Numbered from the stretch's first letter, positions 41,359 to 54,958 are shown. The stretch is DNA of 64,000 bases from Nitrospirales bacterium (GCA_965203295.1 CBDBCZ010000018.1:1792001-1856000); one strand, 5' to 3'. Made by a program: numbers and translations. The notes: a model not told the origin generated them from the sequence alone.

Positions 41359-41470
41359 GTATGCGTAGGATTTCAATAGTTTCCTGGTCTCCCAACATTA
41401 GAGGGTTTGGTGGAGCAATTTTTTCTGGCAGCACTATGCCATACATATGTGTGATGCTAAATTCCCCACC
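41359..41470 (-). pseudogene. Orphan exon GGEFSITHMYGIVLPEKIAPPNPLMLGDQETIEILRI (second copy 44511-44622)
   Basis: actcag acceptor, gtaagt donor, 112 nt open frame; duplicated at an offset of 3152 bp. Confidence 0.45.
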
Positions 41471-41679
41471 CTGAGTATCTGAGTGACAGAACTTTGCGGA
41501 CTTAGTAATATAGTTTATAGGTAGCTGTGTTAAACATTGATATGTCCTTAGTTTGTGTATGGTTTCAGGGATAATGGTGTGGTTTTGTTAGAGAGTTGAA
41601 ATAAGATTTGAAGAGATATAGAACGTTTTGAAGTAAGTTTTTGTTGAAGTCAAGTGAAGGAACAAGCACTAGATATTTG

Positions 41680-44290
41680 ACTAACATAATTCAAACTAAA
41701 CAAGCCTTTGAACAACCAGTTCTTTTCCTAAACAGTTGGGAAGGGTCAGATCAATGGTAGCTACTTAGTTTGGCTGAAAGTCTTTGCCTGAGACCAATAA
41801 AACTGATAATTTTCAGTGAAAACCCTTACTTCCTAAGAATGTATTGTATCTGACTAACATCATTCAAACTAAACAAGCTATTGAATCTTAAACTATTTCT
41901 CTACCTAGACAGTTAGTAAGGGTCAGATCAATGGTAGCTAGTTGTTTTGACTGAAAGTTTCCTGAGACCAATAAAGCTAAAATTGTACCAATTATTAGTG
42001 AAAACCCTTACTTCCTAAGTATGCATTGTAAGTGAGACCAAAAAAACTAACGATTTTCTATAAAATACTTCTTTCCTAATCTGCAGACAAACATCAAGCA
42101 AACTAAACAAGCCTTTGAATAACCAGTTCCTTTCTTGAACATCGATACTTCCTAAGCAAACCAGTTCTTTTCCTAAATAGTTGGTAAGGATCAGATCAAT
42201 GGTAGCTAGTTACTTTGGCTTAAAGTCTTTGCTAGAGACCAACAAAACTAACAATTTTCAATAAAATCCTTCTTTCATAATCTTCAGGCTAACATCAACA
42301 AAACTAAACAGGCCATTGAATCACCAGTTCTTTTTTTAAACAGTTCGGAAGAATCAGATAAATGGTAGCTAGTTACTTTGGCTTAAAGTCTTTGCTAGAG
42401 ACCAACAAAACTAACAATTTTCAATAAAATCCTCTTTTCCTAATCTTCAGACTAACATCATTCAAACTAAACAAGCCTATGAATAACCAGTTCTTTTCCT
42501 AAACAGTTGGGAAGGGTCAGATCAATGGTAGCTAGTTACTTTGGCTTAAAGTCTTTGCTAGAGACCAACAAAGCTAACAAATTTCAAAAAAATCCTTCTT
42601 TCCTAATCTTGAGACTAACATCAACCAAACTAAACAAGCCTTTGAATAACCAGTTCCTTTCTTGAACATTGATACTTCCTAAGCATGTATTGTATCTGAC
42701 TAATATCATTCAAACAAAACAAGCTATTTAATCTTAAACCAGTTCTCTACCAAGACAGTTTGAAAGTGTCAGATCAACAGTAGCTAGTTTTTTTGATTGA
42801 AAGTTTCCTGAGACCAATAAAGCTAAAATTGTACCAATTATTAGTGCAAACCCTTATTTTCTAAACATGTACGTATTGTATCTGACAAACATCATTCAAA
42901 CTAAATAAATGACTGAATCTTAAACCAGTTCCTTTCCAAGATAGTTGGGAAGGGACAGATCAATGGTAGCTAGGTGCTTTGGCTTAAAGTCTTTGCCAGA
43001 GACCCACAAAACTAACAATTTTCAATAAAATCCTTCTTTCCTAATCTTCAGACTAACATCAACCAAACTAAACAAGCCTTTGAATAACAAGTTCCTTTTT
43101 TGAACATCGATAATTCCTAAGCATGTATTGTATTTGACTAACATCATTCAAACTAAACAAGCCTTTGAATAACCAGTTCTTTTTCTAAACATTTGGGAAG
43201 GGTCAGATATATAAAGGTAGCTAGTTACCTTGGCTTAAAGTCTTTGCCAGAGACCAACAAAACAAACAATTTTCAATAAAATCCTTCTTTCCTAATCTTC
43301 AGACTAAAACTAAACAAGCCTTTGAATAACAAGTTCCTTTCTTGAACATCAATTCTTCCTAAGCATGTATCGTATTTGCTAACATCATTCAAACAAAATA
43401 AGCCTTTGAATAACCAGTTCTTTTCCTAAACAGTTGGGAAGGGTCAGATCATTGGTAGCTAGTTACTTTGGTTGAAAGTCTTTGCCAGAGACCCAAAAAA
43501 ACGAATTCTTCCTAAGAATGTATTGTGTATGACTAACATCAGCCAAACTAAACAAGCTATTGAATCCTAAACCAGTTCTTTTACTAGACAGTTGGGAAGG
43601 GTCAGATCAACGGTAGCCAGTTGCTTTGGCTTAAAATCTTTGTTTGAAACCAACAAAACTCAAATTCTACCAATTTGCAGTGGAATTTTTTTCATCTATT
43701 GCATCTGACTAACATCAATCAAGCTACTGAAACTTAAACCAGTTCAGATCAATGATAGCTAGGCTAAAAGTCTTTGCCTGAGACCAAGAACCCTGAAATT
43801 GTACTAATCATTAGGGAAAATCGATGCCAGTATTGTAACTAACTACCATTATGTCATTGAATCCTAAACCAGTTCCTTTCCTAGACAGTTAAGAAGGGTC
43901 AGATGAATGGTACGTAGCTAGTTACTGTAGCATAAAGTCTTTGCCTGCGAAAAAAAAGCTGAAATTGTGCTAATTTTCAGTGACAACCTTTACTTCCTAA
44001 GCATGTATTGTATCTGACTAACATCAGTCAAACTAAAAAAGCTTATGAATCCTAAGCCAGTTTCTTTCCAATAGGCTACACTGAAAAGGGCCAGATCCAT
44101 GATGGGTAGCTACTTTGGCTGAAAGTCCTTTCCTGAGACCAATAACCCTAAAATTGTACCAATTTTTAGGAAAAATCTATATTTCCTAAGCCCGTATTGT
44201 AACTAACCACCATCAGCCAAACTAAACAAGGCTTTGTATCGTAAACTACGTAGTTCCTTTCCTGGATCATGGGGAAGGGTCAGATCTGGC
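41680..44290 (+). repeat. Satellite array, diverged edge block
   Basis: Tandem units starting actaacatca..caaactaaacaagc; includes ~173-185-bp variants and increasingly diverged copies towards 44290. Confidence 0.95.
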
Positions 44291-47200
44291 TATGTAAGTG
44301 TGTAGTGACACAGAAACAGTGGGTGGTGAAGAAAGGAGGGAACATTGGCGGGAGGTTACTCAGAATCCTGAAATTGTACTAATCATTAGTGAAAATCGAT
44401 GCCAGTATTGTAACTGACTACCATCATGTATTTGCTAAAAGAGAGTCTTTTCATTGTCTTACAATCTTCCAATTATGTGGTTAAGCCTAACAAGAATGAT
44501 GTCTATTTACGTATGTGTAGGATTTCAATAGTTTCCTGGTCTCCCAACATTAGAAGGTTTGGTGGAGAAATTTTTTCCGGCAGCACTATGCCATACATAT
44601 GTGTGATGCTAAATTCCCCACCCTGAGTATCTGAGTAACAGAACTTTGCGAACTTAGTAATATAGTTTATAGGTAGCTGTGTTAAACATTGATATGTCCT
44701 TAGTTTGTGTATGTTTTCAGGGATATTGGTGTGGTTTTGTTAGAGATTTGAAATAAGATTTGAAGAGATATAGCACGTTTTGAAGTAAGTTTTTGTTGAA
44801 GTCAAGTGAACGAACAAGCACTAGATATTTGACTAACATCATTAAAACTGAACAAGCCTTTGAACAACCAGTTCATTTCCTAAACAGTTGGGAAGGGTCA
44901 GATCAATGGTAGCTAGTTAGGTTGGTTTAAAGTCTTTGCCTGAGACCAATAAAACTGGTAATTTTCAGTGAAAACCCTTACTTCCTAAGAATGTATTTTA
45001 TCTGACTAAAATCATTCAAACTAAACAAGCTAAACCAGTTCTCTACCTAGACAGTTAGTAAGGGTCAGATCAATGGTAGCTAGTTGTTTTTAATAAAAGT
45101 TTCCTGAGACCAATAAAGCTAAATTGTACCAATTATTAGTGAAAACCCTTACTTCCTAAGTATGTATTGTATGTGACTAATATCATTCAAACTAAACGAG
45201 CAATTGAATCTTAAACCAGTTCTTTTCCAAAACAGTTAGAAAGGGTCAGATCAATGGTAGCTAGTTACTTTGGCTGAAAGTCTTTACCAGAGACCAACAA
45301 AACTAACAATTTTCTATAAAATCCTTCTTTCCTAATCTGCAGACTAATATCAACCAAACTAAACAAGCCTTTGAATAACCAGTTCCTTTCTTGAACATCG
45401 ATACTTCCTAAGCATGTATTGTATTTGACTAACATCATTCAAACTAAACAAGCCTTTGAATAACCAGTTCTTTTTCTAAACAGTTCGGAAGGGTCAGATA
45501 AATGGTAGCTTGTTACTTTGGCTTAAAGTCTTTGCCAGAGACCAACAAAACTAACAATTTTCAATAAATCCTTCTTTTCTAATCTTCAGACTAACATCAA
45601 CCAAACTAAACAAGCCTTTGAATAACAAGTTCCTTTCTTGAACATCGATACTTCCTAGGCATGTATTGTATTTGACTAACATCATTCAAACTAAACAAGC
45701 CTTTGAATAACCAGTTCTTTTTCTAAACAGTTCGGAAGGGTCAGATAAATGGTAGCTTGTTACTTTGGCTTAAAGTCTTTGCTAGAGACCAACAAAACTA
45801 AAAATTTTCAATAAAATCCTTCTTTCCTAATCTTCAGACTAACTTCATTCAAACTAAACAAGCCTTTGAATAACCAGTTCTTTTCCTAAACAGTTGGGAA
45901 GGGTCAGATCAATGGTAGCCAGTTACTTTGGCTTAAAGTCTTTGCTAGAGACCAACAAAACTAACAATTTTCAATAAAATCCTTCTTTCCTAATCTTCAG
46001 ACTAGCATCAACAAAACTAAACAAGCCTTTGAATAACAAGTTCCTTTCTTGAACATCGATACTTCTTAAGCATGTATTGTATTTGATTAACATCATTCAA
46101 ACTAAACAAGCCTTTGCACAACCAGTTCATTTCCTAAACAGTTGGGAAGGGTCAGATCAATGGTAGCTTGTTACTTTGGCTTAAAGTCTTTGCCAGAGAC
46201 CAACAAAGCTAACAATTTTCAATAAATCCTTCTTTCCTAATCTTCAGACTAACATCAACCAAACTAAACAAGCCTTTGAATAACAAGTTCCTTTCTTGAA
46301 CATCGATACTTCCTAGGCATGTATTGTATTTGACTAACATCATTCAAACTAAACAAGCCTTTGAATAACCAGTTCTTTTTCTAAACAGTTGGGAAGGGTC
46401 AGATCAATGGTAGCGAGTTACTTCGGCTTAAAGTCATTGCTAGAGACCAACAAAACTAACAATTTTCAATAAAATCCTTCTTTCCTAATCTTCAGACTAG
46501 CATCAACAAAACTAAACAAGCATTTGAATAACCAGTTCCTTTCTTGAACATCGATACTTCTTAAGCATGTATTGTATTTGATTAACATCATTCAAACTAA
46601 ACAAGCCTTTGCACAACCAGTTCTTTTCCTAAACAGTTGGGAAGAGTCAGATCAATGGTAGCTTGTTACTTTGGCTTAAAGTCTTTGCCAGAGACCAACA
46701 AAGCTAACAACTTTCAATAAATCCTTCTTTCCTAATCTTCAGACTAACATCAACCAAACTAAACAAGCCTTTGAATAACAAGTTCCTTTCTTGAACATCG
46801 ATACTTCCTAGGCATGTATTGTATTTGACCAACATCATTCAAACTAAACAAGCCTTTGAATAACCAGTTCTTTTTCTAAACAGTTGGGAAGGGTCAGATC
46901 AATGGTAGCGAGTTACTTCGGTTTAAAGTCATTGCTAGAGACCAACAAAACTAACAATTTTCAATAAAATCCTTCTTTCCTAATCTTCAGACTAACATCA
47001 ACCAAATTAAACAAGCCTTTGAATAACAAGTTCCTTTCTTGAACATCGATATTTCCTAAGCATGTATTGTATCCGACTAACATAATTTAAACTAAACAAG
47101 CATATGAATAACCAGTTCTTTTCCTAAACAGTTGGGAAGGGTCAGATCAATGGTAGCTAGTTACTTTGGCTCAAAGTCTTTGCTAGAGACGAAAAAAAAC

Positions 47201-48637
47201 TAACGATTTTCTATAAAATACTTCTTTCCTAATCTGCAGACTAACATCAAGCAAAATAAACAAGCCTTTGAATAACCAGTTCCTTTTTTGAACATAGATA
47301 CTTCCTAAGCATGGATTGTATATGACTAACATGATTCAAACTAAACAAGCCTTTGAATAACCAGTTCTTTTCCTAAACAGTTGGGAAGAGTCAGATCAAT
47401 GGTAGCTTGTTACTTTGGCTTAAAGTCTTTGCCAGAGACCAACAAAGCTAACAATTTTAAATAAATCCTTCTTTCCTAATCTTCAGACTAACATCAACCA
47501 AACTAAACAAGCCTTTGAATAACAAGTTCCTTTCTTGAACATCGATACTTCCTAGGCATGTATTGTATTTGACCAACATCATTCAAACTAAACAAGCCTT
47601 TGAATAACCAGTTCTTTTTCTAAACAGTTGGGAAGGGTCAGATCAATGGTAGCGAGTTACTTCGGTTTAAAGTCATTGCTAGAGACCAACAAAACTAACA
47701 ATTTTCAATAAAATCCTTCTTTCCTAATCTTCAGACTAACATCAACCAAACTAAACAAGCCTTTGAATAACAAGTTCCTTTCTTGAACATCAATACTTCC
47801 TAAGCATGTATTGTATCCGACTAACATAATTTAAACTAAACAAGCCTTTGAATAACCAGTTCTTTTCCTAAACAGTTGGGAAGGGTCAGATCAATGGTAG
47901 CTAGTTACTTTGGCTCAAAGTCTTTGCTAGAGACGAAAAAAAACTAACAATTTTAAATAAATCCTTCTTTCCTAATCTTCAGACTAACATCAACCAAACT
48001 AAACAAGCCTTTGAATAACAAGTTCCTTTCTTGAACATCAATACTTCCTAGGCATGTATTGTATTTGACTAACATCATTCAAACTAAACAAGCCTTTGAA
48101 TAACCAGTTCTTTTTCTAAACAGTTGGGAAGGGTCAGATCAATGGTAGCGAGTTACTTCGGCTTAAAGTCATTGCTAGAGACCAACAAAACTAACAATTT
48201 TCAATAAAATCCTTCTTTCCTAATCTTCAGACTAACATCAACCAAACTAAACAAGCCTTTGAATAACCAGTTCCTTTCTTGAACATCGATACTTTCTAAG
48301 CATGTATTGTATCCGACTAACATAATTTAAACTAAACAAGCCTTTGAATAACCAGTTCTTTTCCTAAACAGTTGGGAAGGGTCAGATCAATGGCAGCTAG
48401 TTACTTTGGCTCAAAGTCTTTGCTAGAGACGAAAAAAAACTAACGATTTTCTATAAAATACTTCTTTCCTAATTTGCAGACTAACATCAAGTAAAATAAA
48501 CAAGCCTTTGAATAACCAGTTCCTTTCTTGAACATCGATACTTACTAAGCATGTATTGTATCTGACTAACATCATTAAAACTAAACAAGCCTTTGAATAA
48601 CAAGTTCTTTTCCTAAACAGTTGGGAAGGGTCAGATC

Positions 48638-48976
48638 TGAAGATTAGGAAAGAAGGATTTTATTGAAAATTGTTAGCTTTGTTGGTCTCAGGCAAAGACT
48701 TTCAGCCAAAGTAACTGGCTACCATTGATCTGAACCTTCCCAACTGTTTTGGAAAAGAACTGGTTATTCAAAGGCTTGTTTAGTTTGAATGATGTTAGTC
48801 AGATACAATACACGCTTATGAAGTATCGATGTTCAAGAAAGGAACTTGTTATTCAAAGGCTTGTTTAGTTTGGTTGATGTTAGTCTTAAGATTAGGAAAG
48901 AAGGATTTTATTGAAAATTGTTAGTTTTGTTGGTCTCAGGCAAAGACTTTCAGCCAAAGTAACTGGCTACCATTGA
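48638..48976 (-). repeat. Inverted 339-bp satellite segment (also at 55166-55504 and 57267-57605)
   Basis: Reverse complement of the monomer between junctions gggtcagatc|tgaagattagg and ctaccattga|ggctaacatc. Confidence 0.95.
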
Positions 48977-51689
48977 GGCTAACATCAACAAAACTAAACA
49001 GGCCTTTGAATAACCAGCTCTTTTTCTAAACAGTTGGGAAGGGTCAGATAAATGGTAGCAAGTTACTTTGGCTTAAAATCATTGCCAGAGACAACAAAAC
49101 TAACAATTTTCAATATAATCCTTCTTTCCTAATCTTCAGACTAACATCAACCAAACTAAACAAGCCTTTGAATAACCAGTTCCTTTATTGAACATAGATA
49201 CTTCCTAAGCATGGATTGTATATGACTAACATGATTCAAACTAAACAAGCCTTTGAATATCCAGTTCTTTTTTAAACAGTTCGGAAGGGTCAGATAAATG
49301 GTAGCTAGTTACTTTGGCTTAAAGTCTTTGCCAGAGACCAACAAAACTAACAATTTTTAATAAAATCCCTCTTTCCTAATCTTCAGACTAACATCAACCA
49401 AACTAAACAAGCCTTTGAATAAACAGTTCCTTTCTTGAACATCGATACTTCCTAAGCATGTATTGTATTTGACTAACATCATTCACACTAAACAAGCCTT
49501 TGAATAACCAGTTCTTATCCTAAACAGTTGGGAAAGGTCAGATCAATGGTAGCAAGTTACTTTGGCTGAAAGTCTTTGCCTGAGACCAAAAAAACCGAAT
49601 TCTTCCTAAGAATGTATTGTATATGACTAACATCAGCGAAACTAAACAAGCTATTGAATCCTAAACCAATCCTTTTACTAGACAGTTGGGAAGGGTCAAA
49701 TCAATGGTAGCTAGTTGCTTTGGCTTAAAATCTTTGTTTGAAATCAACAAAACTCAAATTCTACTAATTTGCAGCTTAAGTCTTTGCAAAGAGACCAACA
49801 AAACTAACAATTTTCAATAAAATCCTTCTTTCCTAATCTTCAGACTAGCATCAACAAAACTAAACAAGCATTTGAATAACCAGTTCCTTTCTTGAACATC
49901 GATACTTCTTAAGCATGTATTGTATTTGATTAACATCATTCAAACTAAACAAGCCTTTGCACAACCAGTTCTTTTCCTAAACAGTTGGGAAGGGTCAGAT
50001 CAATGGTAGCTTGTTACTTTGGCTTAAAGTCTTTGCCAGAGACCAACAAAGGTAACAATTTTCAATAAATCCTTCTTTCCTAATCTTAAGACTAACATCA
50101 ACCAAACTAAACAAGCCTTTGAATAACAAGTTCCTTTCTTGAACATCGATACTTCCTTGGCATGTATTGTATTTGACTAACATCATTAAAACTAAACAAG
50201 TCTTTGAATAACCAGTTCTTTTTCTAAACAGTTGGGAAGGGTCAGATCAATGGTAGCGAGTTACTTCGGCTTAAAGTCATTGCTAGAGACCAACAAAACT
50301 AACAATTTTCAATAAAATCCTTCTTTCCTAATCTTGAGACTAACATCAACCAAACTAAACAAGCCTTTGAATAACCAGTTCCTTTCTTGAACATCGATAC
50401 TTCCTAAGCATGTATTGTATCCTACTAACATCATTTAAACTAAACAAGCCTTTGAATAACCAGTTCATTTCCTAAACAGTTGGGAAGGGTTAGATCAATG
50501 GTAGCTAGTTACTTTGGCTCAAAGTCTTTGCTAGAGACCAAAAAAACTAACGATTTTCTATAAAATACTTCTTTCCTAATCTGCAGACTAACTTCATTTA
50601 AACTAAACAAGCCTTTGAATAACCAGTTCTTTTCCTAAACAGTTGGGAAGGGTCAGATCAATGGTAGCCAGTTACTTTGGCTTAAAGTCTTTGCTAGAGA
50701 CCAACAAAACTAACAATTTTCAATAAAATCCTTCTTTCATAATCTTCAGGCTAACATCAACCAAACTAAACAAGCCTTTGAATAACAAGTTCCTTTCTTG
50801 AACATCGATACTTCCTTGGCATGTATTGTATTTGACTAACATCATTAAAACTAAACAAGCCTTTGAATAACCAGTTCTTTTTCTAAACAGTTGGGAAGGG
50901 TCAGATCAATGGTAGCGAGTTACTTCGGCTTAAAGTCATTGCTAGAGACCAACAAAACTAACAATTTTCAATAAAATCCTTCTTTCCTAATCTTGAGACT
51001 AACATCAACCAAACTAAACAAGCCTTTGAATAACAAGTTCCTTTCTTGAACATCGATACTTCCTAAGCATGTATTGTATCCTACTAACATCATTTAAACT
51101 AAACAAGCCTTTGAATAACCAGTTCATTTCCTAAACAGTTGGGAAGGGTTAGATCAATGGTAGCTAGTTACTTTGGCTCAAAGTCTTTGCTAGAGACCAA
51201 AAAAACTAACGATTTTCTATAAAATACTTCTTTCCTAATTTGCAGACTAACTTCATTCAAACTAAACAAGCCTTTGAATAACCAGTTCTTTTCCTAAACA
51301 GTTGGGAAGGGTCAGATCAATGGTAGCCAGTTACTTTGGCTTAAAGTCTTTGCTAGAGACCAACAAAACTAACAATTTTCAATAAAATCCTTCTTTCCTA
51401 ATCTTCAGACTAGCATCAACAAAACTAAACAAGCCTTTGAATAACCAGTTCCTTTCTTGAACATCGATACTTCTTAAGCATGTATTGTATTTGATTAACA
51501 TCATTCAAACTAAACAAGCCTTTGCACAACCAGTTCTTTTCCTAAACAGTTGGGAAGGGTCAGATAAATGGTAGCTTGTTACTTTGGCTGAAAGTCTTTG
51601 CTAGAGACCAACAAAACTAACAATTTTCAATAAAATCCTTCTTTCATAATCTTCAGGCTAACATCAACAAAACTAAACAGGCCCTTTAA

Positions 51690-54600
51690 CTCTTTACCGA
51701 CCTTATCAAAACAATCACGCGTACCCGCGTGACCGTAGATTTTCAGCCCAAACTCGTGGTTTGCCTACCGTTGGCTTCATGAGACTGTATCTCGCGATCT
51801 AAAGAACTTTAGTACAGGCAAGTTGAGTTTTTTAGAGACAGAAAAGAAGGGGTTTTACGATGGTGTCAATGACTTTGGCCGGAGAGTTGGAGAAAGACCG
51901 TTGGATACCAGGCAAAGCGGGACGGCAATCGTACCGCGGTAAGTATAGGCTAGCAATGGGTAGTTTTACTAGGAATCTTTGTCATTATAGGGTTGCAGAG
52001 CATGCAAAAGAGTTTTTATACTGAGAAACGTGTTACAGATAAATAAGAAAGGTTAGCAAGTGCAACATATAAGCGCTTTGTAACTTATTCCAGGAGTGCG
52101 GCAAATACGTGATGTGCAGAGGGCCGCGTGGAGAGGGTCTACAAGCATTCCATGTGGAATCGCTCAAAGCAAGAGGGTCCATTCTCTGGTGGGTCTCGTG
52201 CAACAATGCAGAAGGCCTTTCCACACCGCCGACAGTGCACGGAGGACTCGTGGCGTCGATGATTCCTGGAATTCCAGCAGTAGGCGCACCGAGAGCTGGA
52301 ACCGCGGATGGGGAAGTGACCAGTTGGAGAACCCGACATGTGGCTTGCATCGTCACGGCGGCGCTTCACTGGTGGTGCCACACTGTCAATAGCAGCATCA
52401 TGGATTAGCTGTGGGACAGAGTAGCGCTGCCGGGAGTTGTAGTTCCCAATAAGCCCTTCGGCCAACCTCACACGGAAGGACTTGAACACCTGCTGCCTGC
52501 TGGTTGTGTTTGATGCTGGCTCGAAGTACTTCGTGAGAATGAAGGCGTTCACTGCAGCACAGTCAAAGAGGAACCAGAACAGGTATTTATAGAACTTCCT
52601 GCCCTTGGACCTGACTCGGTAGTACCCTCTCATCTGGTCTGCCTTATCCACGCCAGACATGTACCGATTGTACTCGACAATACTGGGTGGACAAGAGATC
52701 ATCTGCCTGCTGCCATCCTTCTCCTTCCGCTGCACCTCGGTGTTACCAGTTGGTTGGCAGTTGGTCGACATCACATAGACGAGTTTCCTGTCCCTCCAAA
52801 CTGTGGCAACCAGACTACCCTTCTGGCGGTAGACATACTCTCCTCTCTGCAGATCTCCTTCATTCATAAGGTACATGTACATACAGAGAGTAAAAATATG
52901 AACATGGCTATATATGTGATTATTTAGCCTAGCTAAATACTCAAGTATTTTCAATGGGTACCTAAAGTGTGGAGAGCCTGTCCCTGGAGGTATAACCAAG
53001 ACTGCATAAGTGAAATTACCCTCCTTCCTAAGATGTGGGGAAATTGTGCTCTTGGTATGACCCACAGCCATTTACCCATCTAGCAGTTTTCTTCCCATCC
53101 CCAGCCTGGCCAATCCCATTCCATCCCCCTCCCTTTCCCTCCCCATCTCTTTCCATCCCACCCCATTCCATCCCATCCCATCCCCCCACCCATCCTCTCC
53201 CCCATCTGTTCTTCTCCCCTCCCCTTCCCTTTTCGAGCCAGTCACTGCCCACTCCCAACTTTGGCATACACAAGGGAACTACCACCAAGAATCCCACCTG
53301 AACCCTGATACTGGACTATGTTTGAAAATGAATACATTTCACTTACGAAGCTGGGTTGTCTTGATGACGTCAGGGATGCCTTTTCGATCTCTACGGAAGG
53401 TCCCACACGCGTACAGACCATCCTCCAAGAGGTCATCGAAAAGTTGTACCGAGGAGAAGAAATTGTCATAGTACAGGTGGTAGTGCCCACCCACTAGTGG
53501 CTGAGAGAGCGCTTTCACCACTTTTGCTCCCAGGTTGGTCTCACTGGTCTCACCGGAGTCGTTCTTCCCCGTGTAGACCTGAAAGTCACAAACGTACCCG
53601 TTGATGGCATCAGCACGTACCCACACCTTAAACCCACGCTTTGTCGGCTTTTTGGGTACGTACTGCTTCAGCGCAGATCTTCCCTTAAATTTTACCATAG
53701 CTTCGTCGATGCTATTTTCACGGTGAGGGCGGTAGCTCTCCAGGAAGGACTTCTGAAGGGCCTCGATCACAGGACGCACTTTTGCAAGACGATCGTACCC
53801 AGGATCACCACGAGGAATGATGGTCTCATTATCCGTGAAGTGCAGAAAGCGCTGGATCTCTAGAAACCTCTTCCTAGAGATCCTGGAGGCGACCGGAAAG
53901 TAGTGGAAGATCGGATTTGTGGACCAATAGTCGTAGAGGTCAGGAACCTTATTGAAGCCCATCAGAATAGCAAATCCGAGATACGCCCTGATACGCAAAT
54001 CCGAGATACGCCCTGATACGCAAATCCGAGATACGCCCTGATTTCTGCGGCATCCGTCTCCCATGTTGGAACTGGTCCTTCACCTTGATGTGTGGATGTG
54101 AGGCACAGTGCAGCATACTTGTTGGTTTCAAGAACCATATGCTCAACTAACGCGGGTGTGAACAGTGACGTGAACACCTCCAGGGGGTCACTTCCAAGTT
54201 GGATTGTTGGTCCAGTTGGCTGTGTGAAGGGCTCAACAATCACTTGTGAGGGTTCATTTGTCCACTCGTTCTCTTCCCTCCCAGGTTGACCTGCCATCGC
54301 CTGCCCTCTACCATGACCCCTGGCACGACCTCGACCTCTACCGCTACCAGCACCTCTACCTCGATGTGCAGTGGACTCCACCGATGACGAAGGACCAGAT
54401 TGCGGGTCTTCCCTCAGGGAAGTGCTGGTGGGACTATGCAGAAGGGGAGAGCATGGTGGAGAGTCGTCCAATCCAGGGCCATCCTGGTCCTGCTCTCTAT
54501 CCAGGATGTCGTACTCCTCCTGCAACTCATCTGCATCAAACTCATCATCGCTCCCTGGGAACACATAGTCTACATCCCCCTCATCACCAGATTCACCACA

Positions 54601-54958
54601 CACAATGTTGCACACTTGTGCAGCTGAGAAGAACCCAGAAGAAGCCATACTGGCTGCAGGATAATCACTACGCTGTAGTTTACACTGACATGCACGCGTG
54701 GCTTCACTTATGTAGGCAGACAGTTTTCATTGAGCGATCGCGCTATAATTGTCTATGTAACTTATTATGAATTATATATAAATTGGTTGCGTAGCACCAT
54801 ATGAATATGATTATCAAGGTTGGGGGGAGTCCCGAGGTAAATCTACTCGATTGTTGGCGTTTGAGCGTACCGCATGTTTAATGACGGCATATGCCGTCAT
54901 TGGTCATTTGCGCGTACATACGCAATGACGGCGTTTGCCGTCATTGGTCGGTAAAGAG
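51690..54958 (-). mobile_element. Full-length piggyBac-superfamily DNA transposon (3,269 bp)
   Basis: TTAA at 51686-51689 and 54959-54962; perfect 13-bp TIR ctctttaccgacc / ggtcggtaaagag; internal transposase; satellite register resumes across the insertion. Confidence 0.98.
52139..54648 (-). pseudogene. piggyBac transposase, two exons (54648-53347 and ~52857-52139), frameshifted by a 50-bp tandem expansion; ~656 aa when repaired
   Basis: Catalytic motifs SIDEAMVKFKGR, YYDNFFSS and YNRYMSGVDKADQ; C-terminal Cys-rich domain RCAYC...HCRRCGKAFC...CFERFH; acidic N-terminus; GTAAGT donor at 53346. Confidence 0.93.

Noticed and set aside
49995..50186. Satellite as a protein-coding tandem repeat
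   Set aside because: Unit lengths 163, 85 and 248 are not multiples of three and stops occur throughout.
53028..53301. Gly/Trp-rich and Pro-rich ORFs inside the piggyBac
   Set aside because: Low-complexity purine/pyrimidine tract within the predicted intron.
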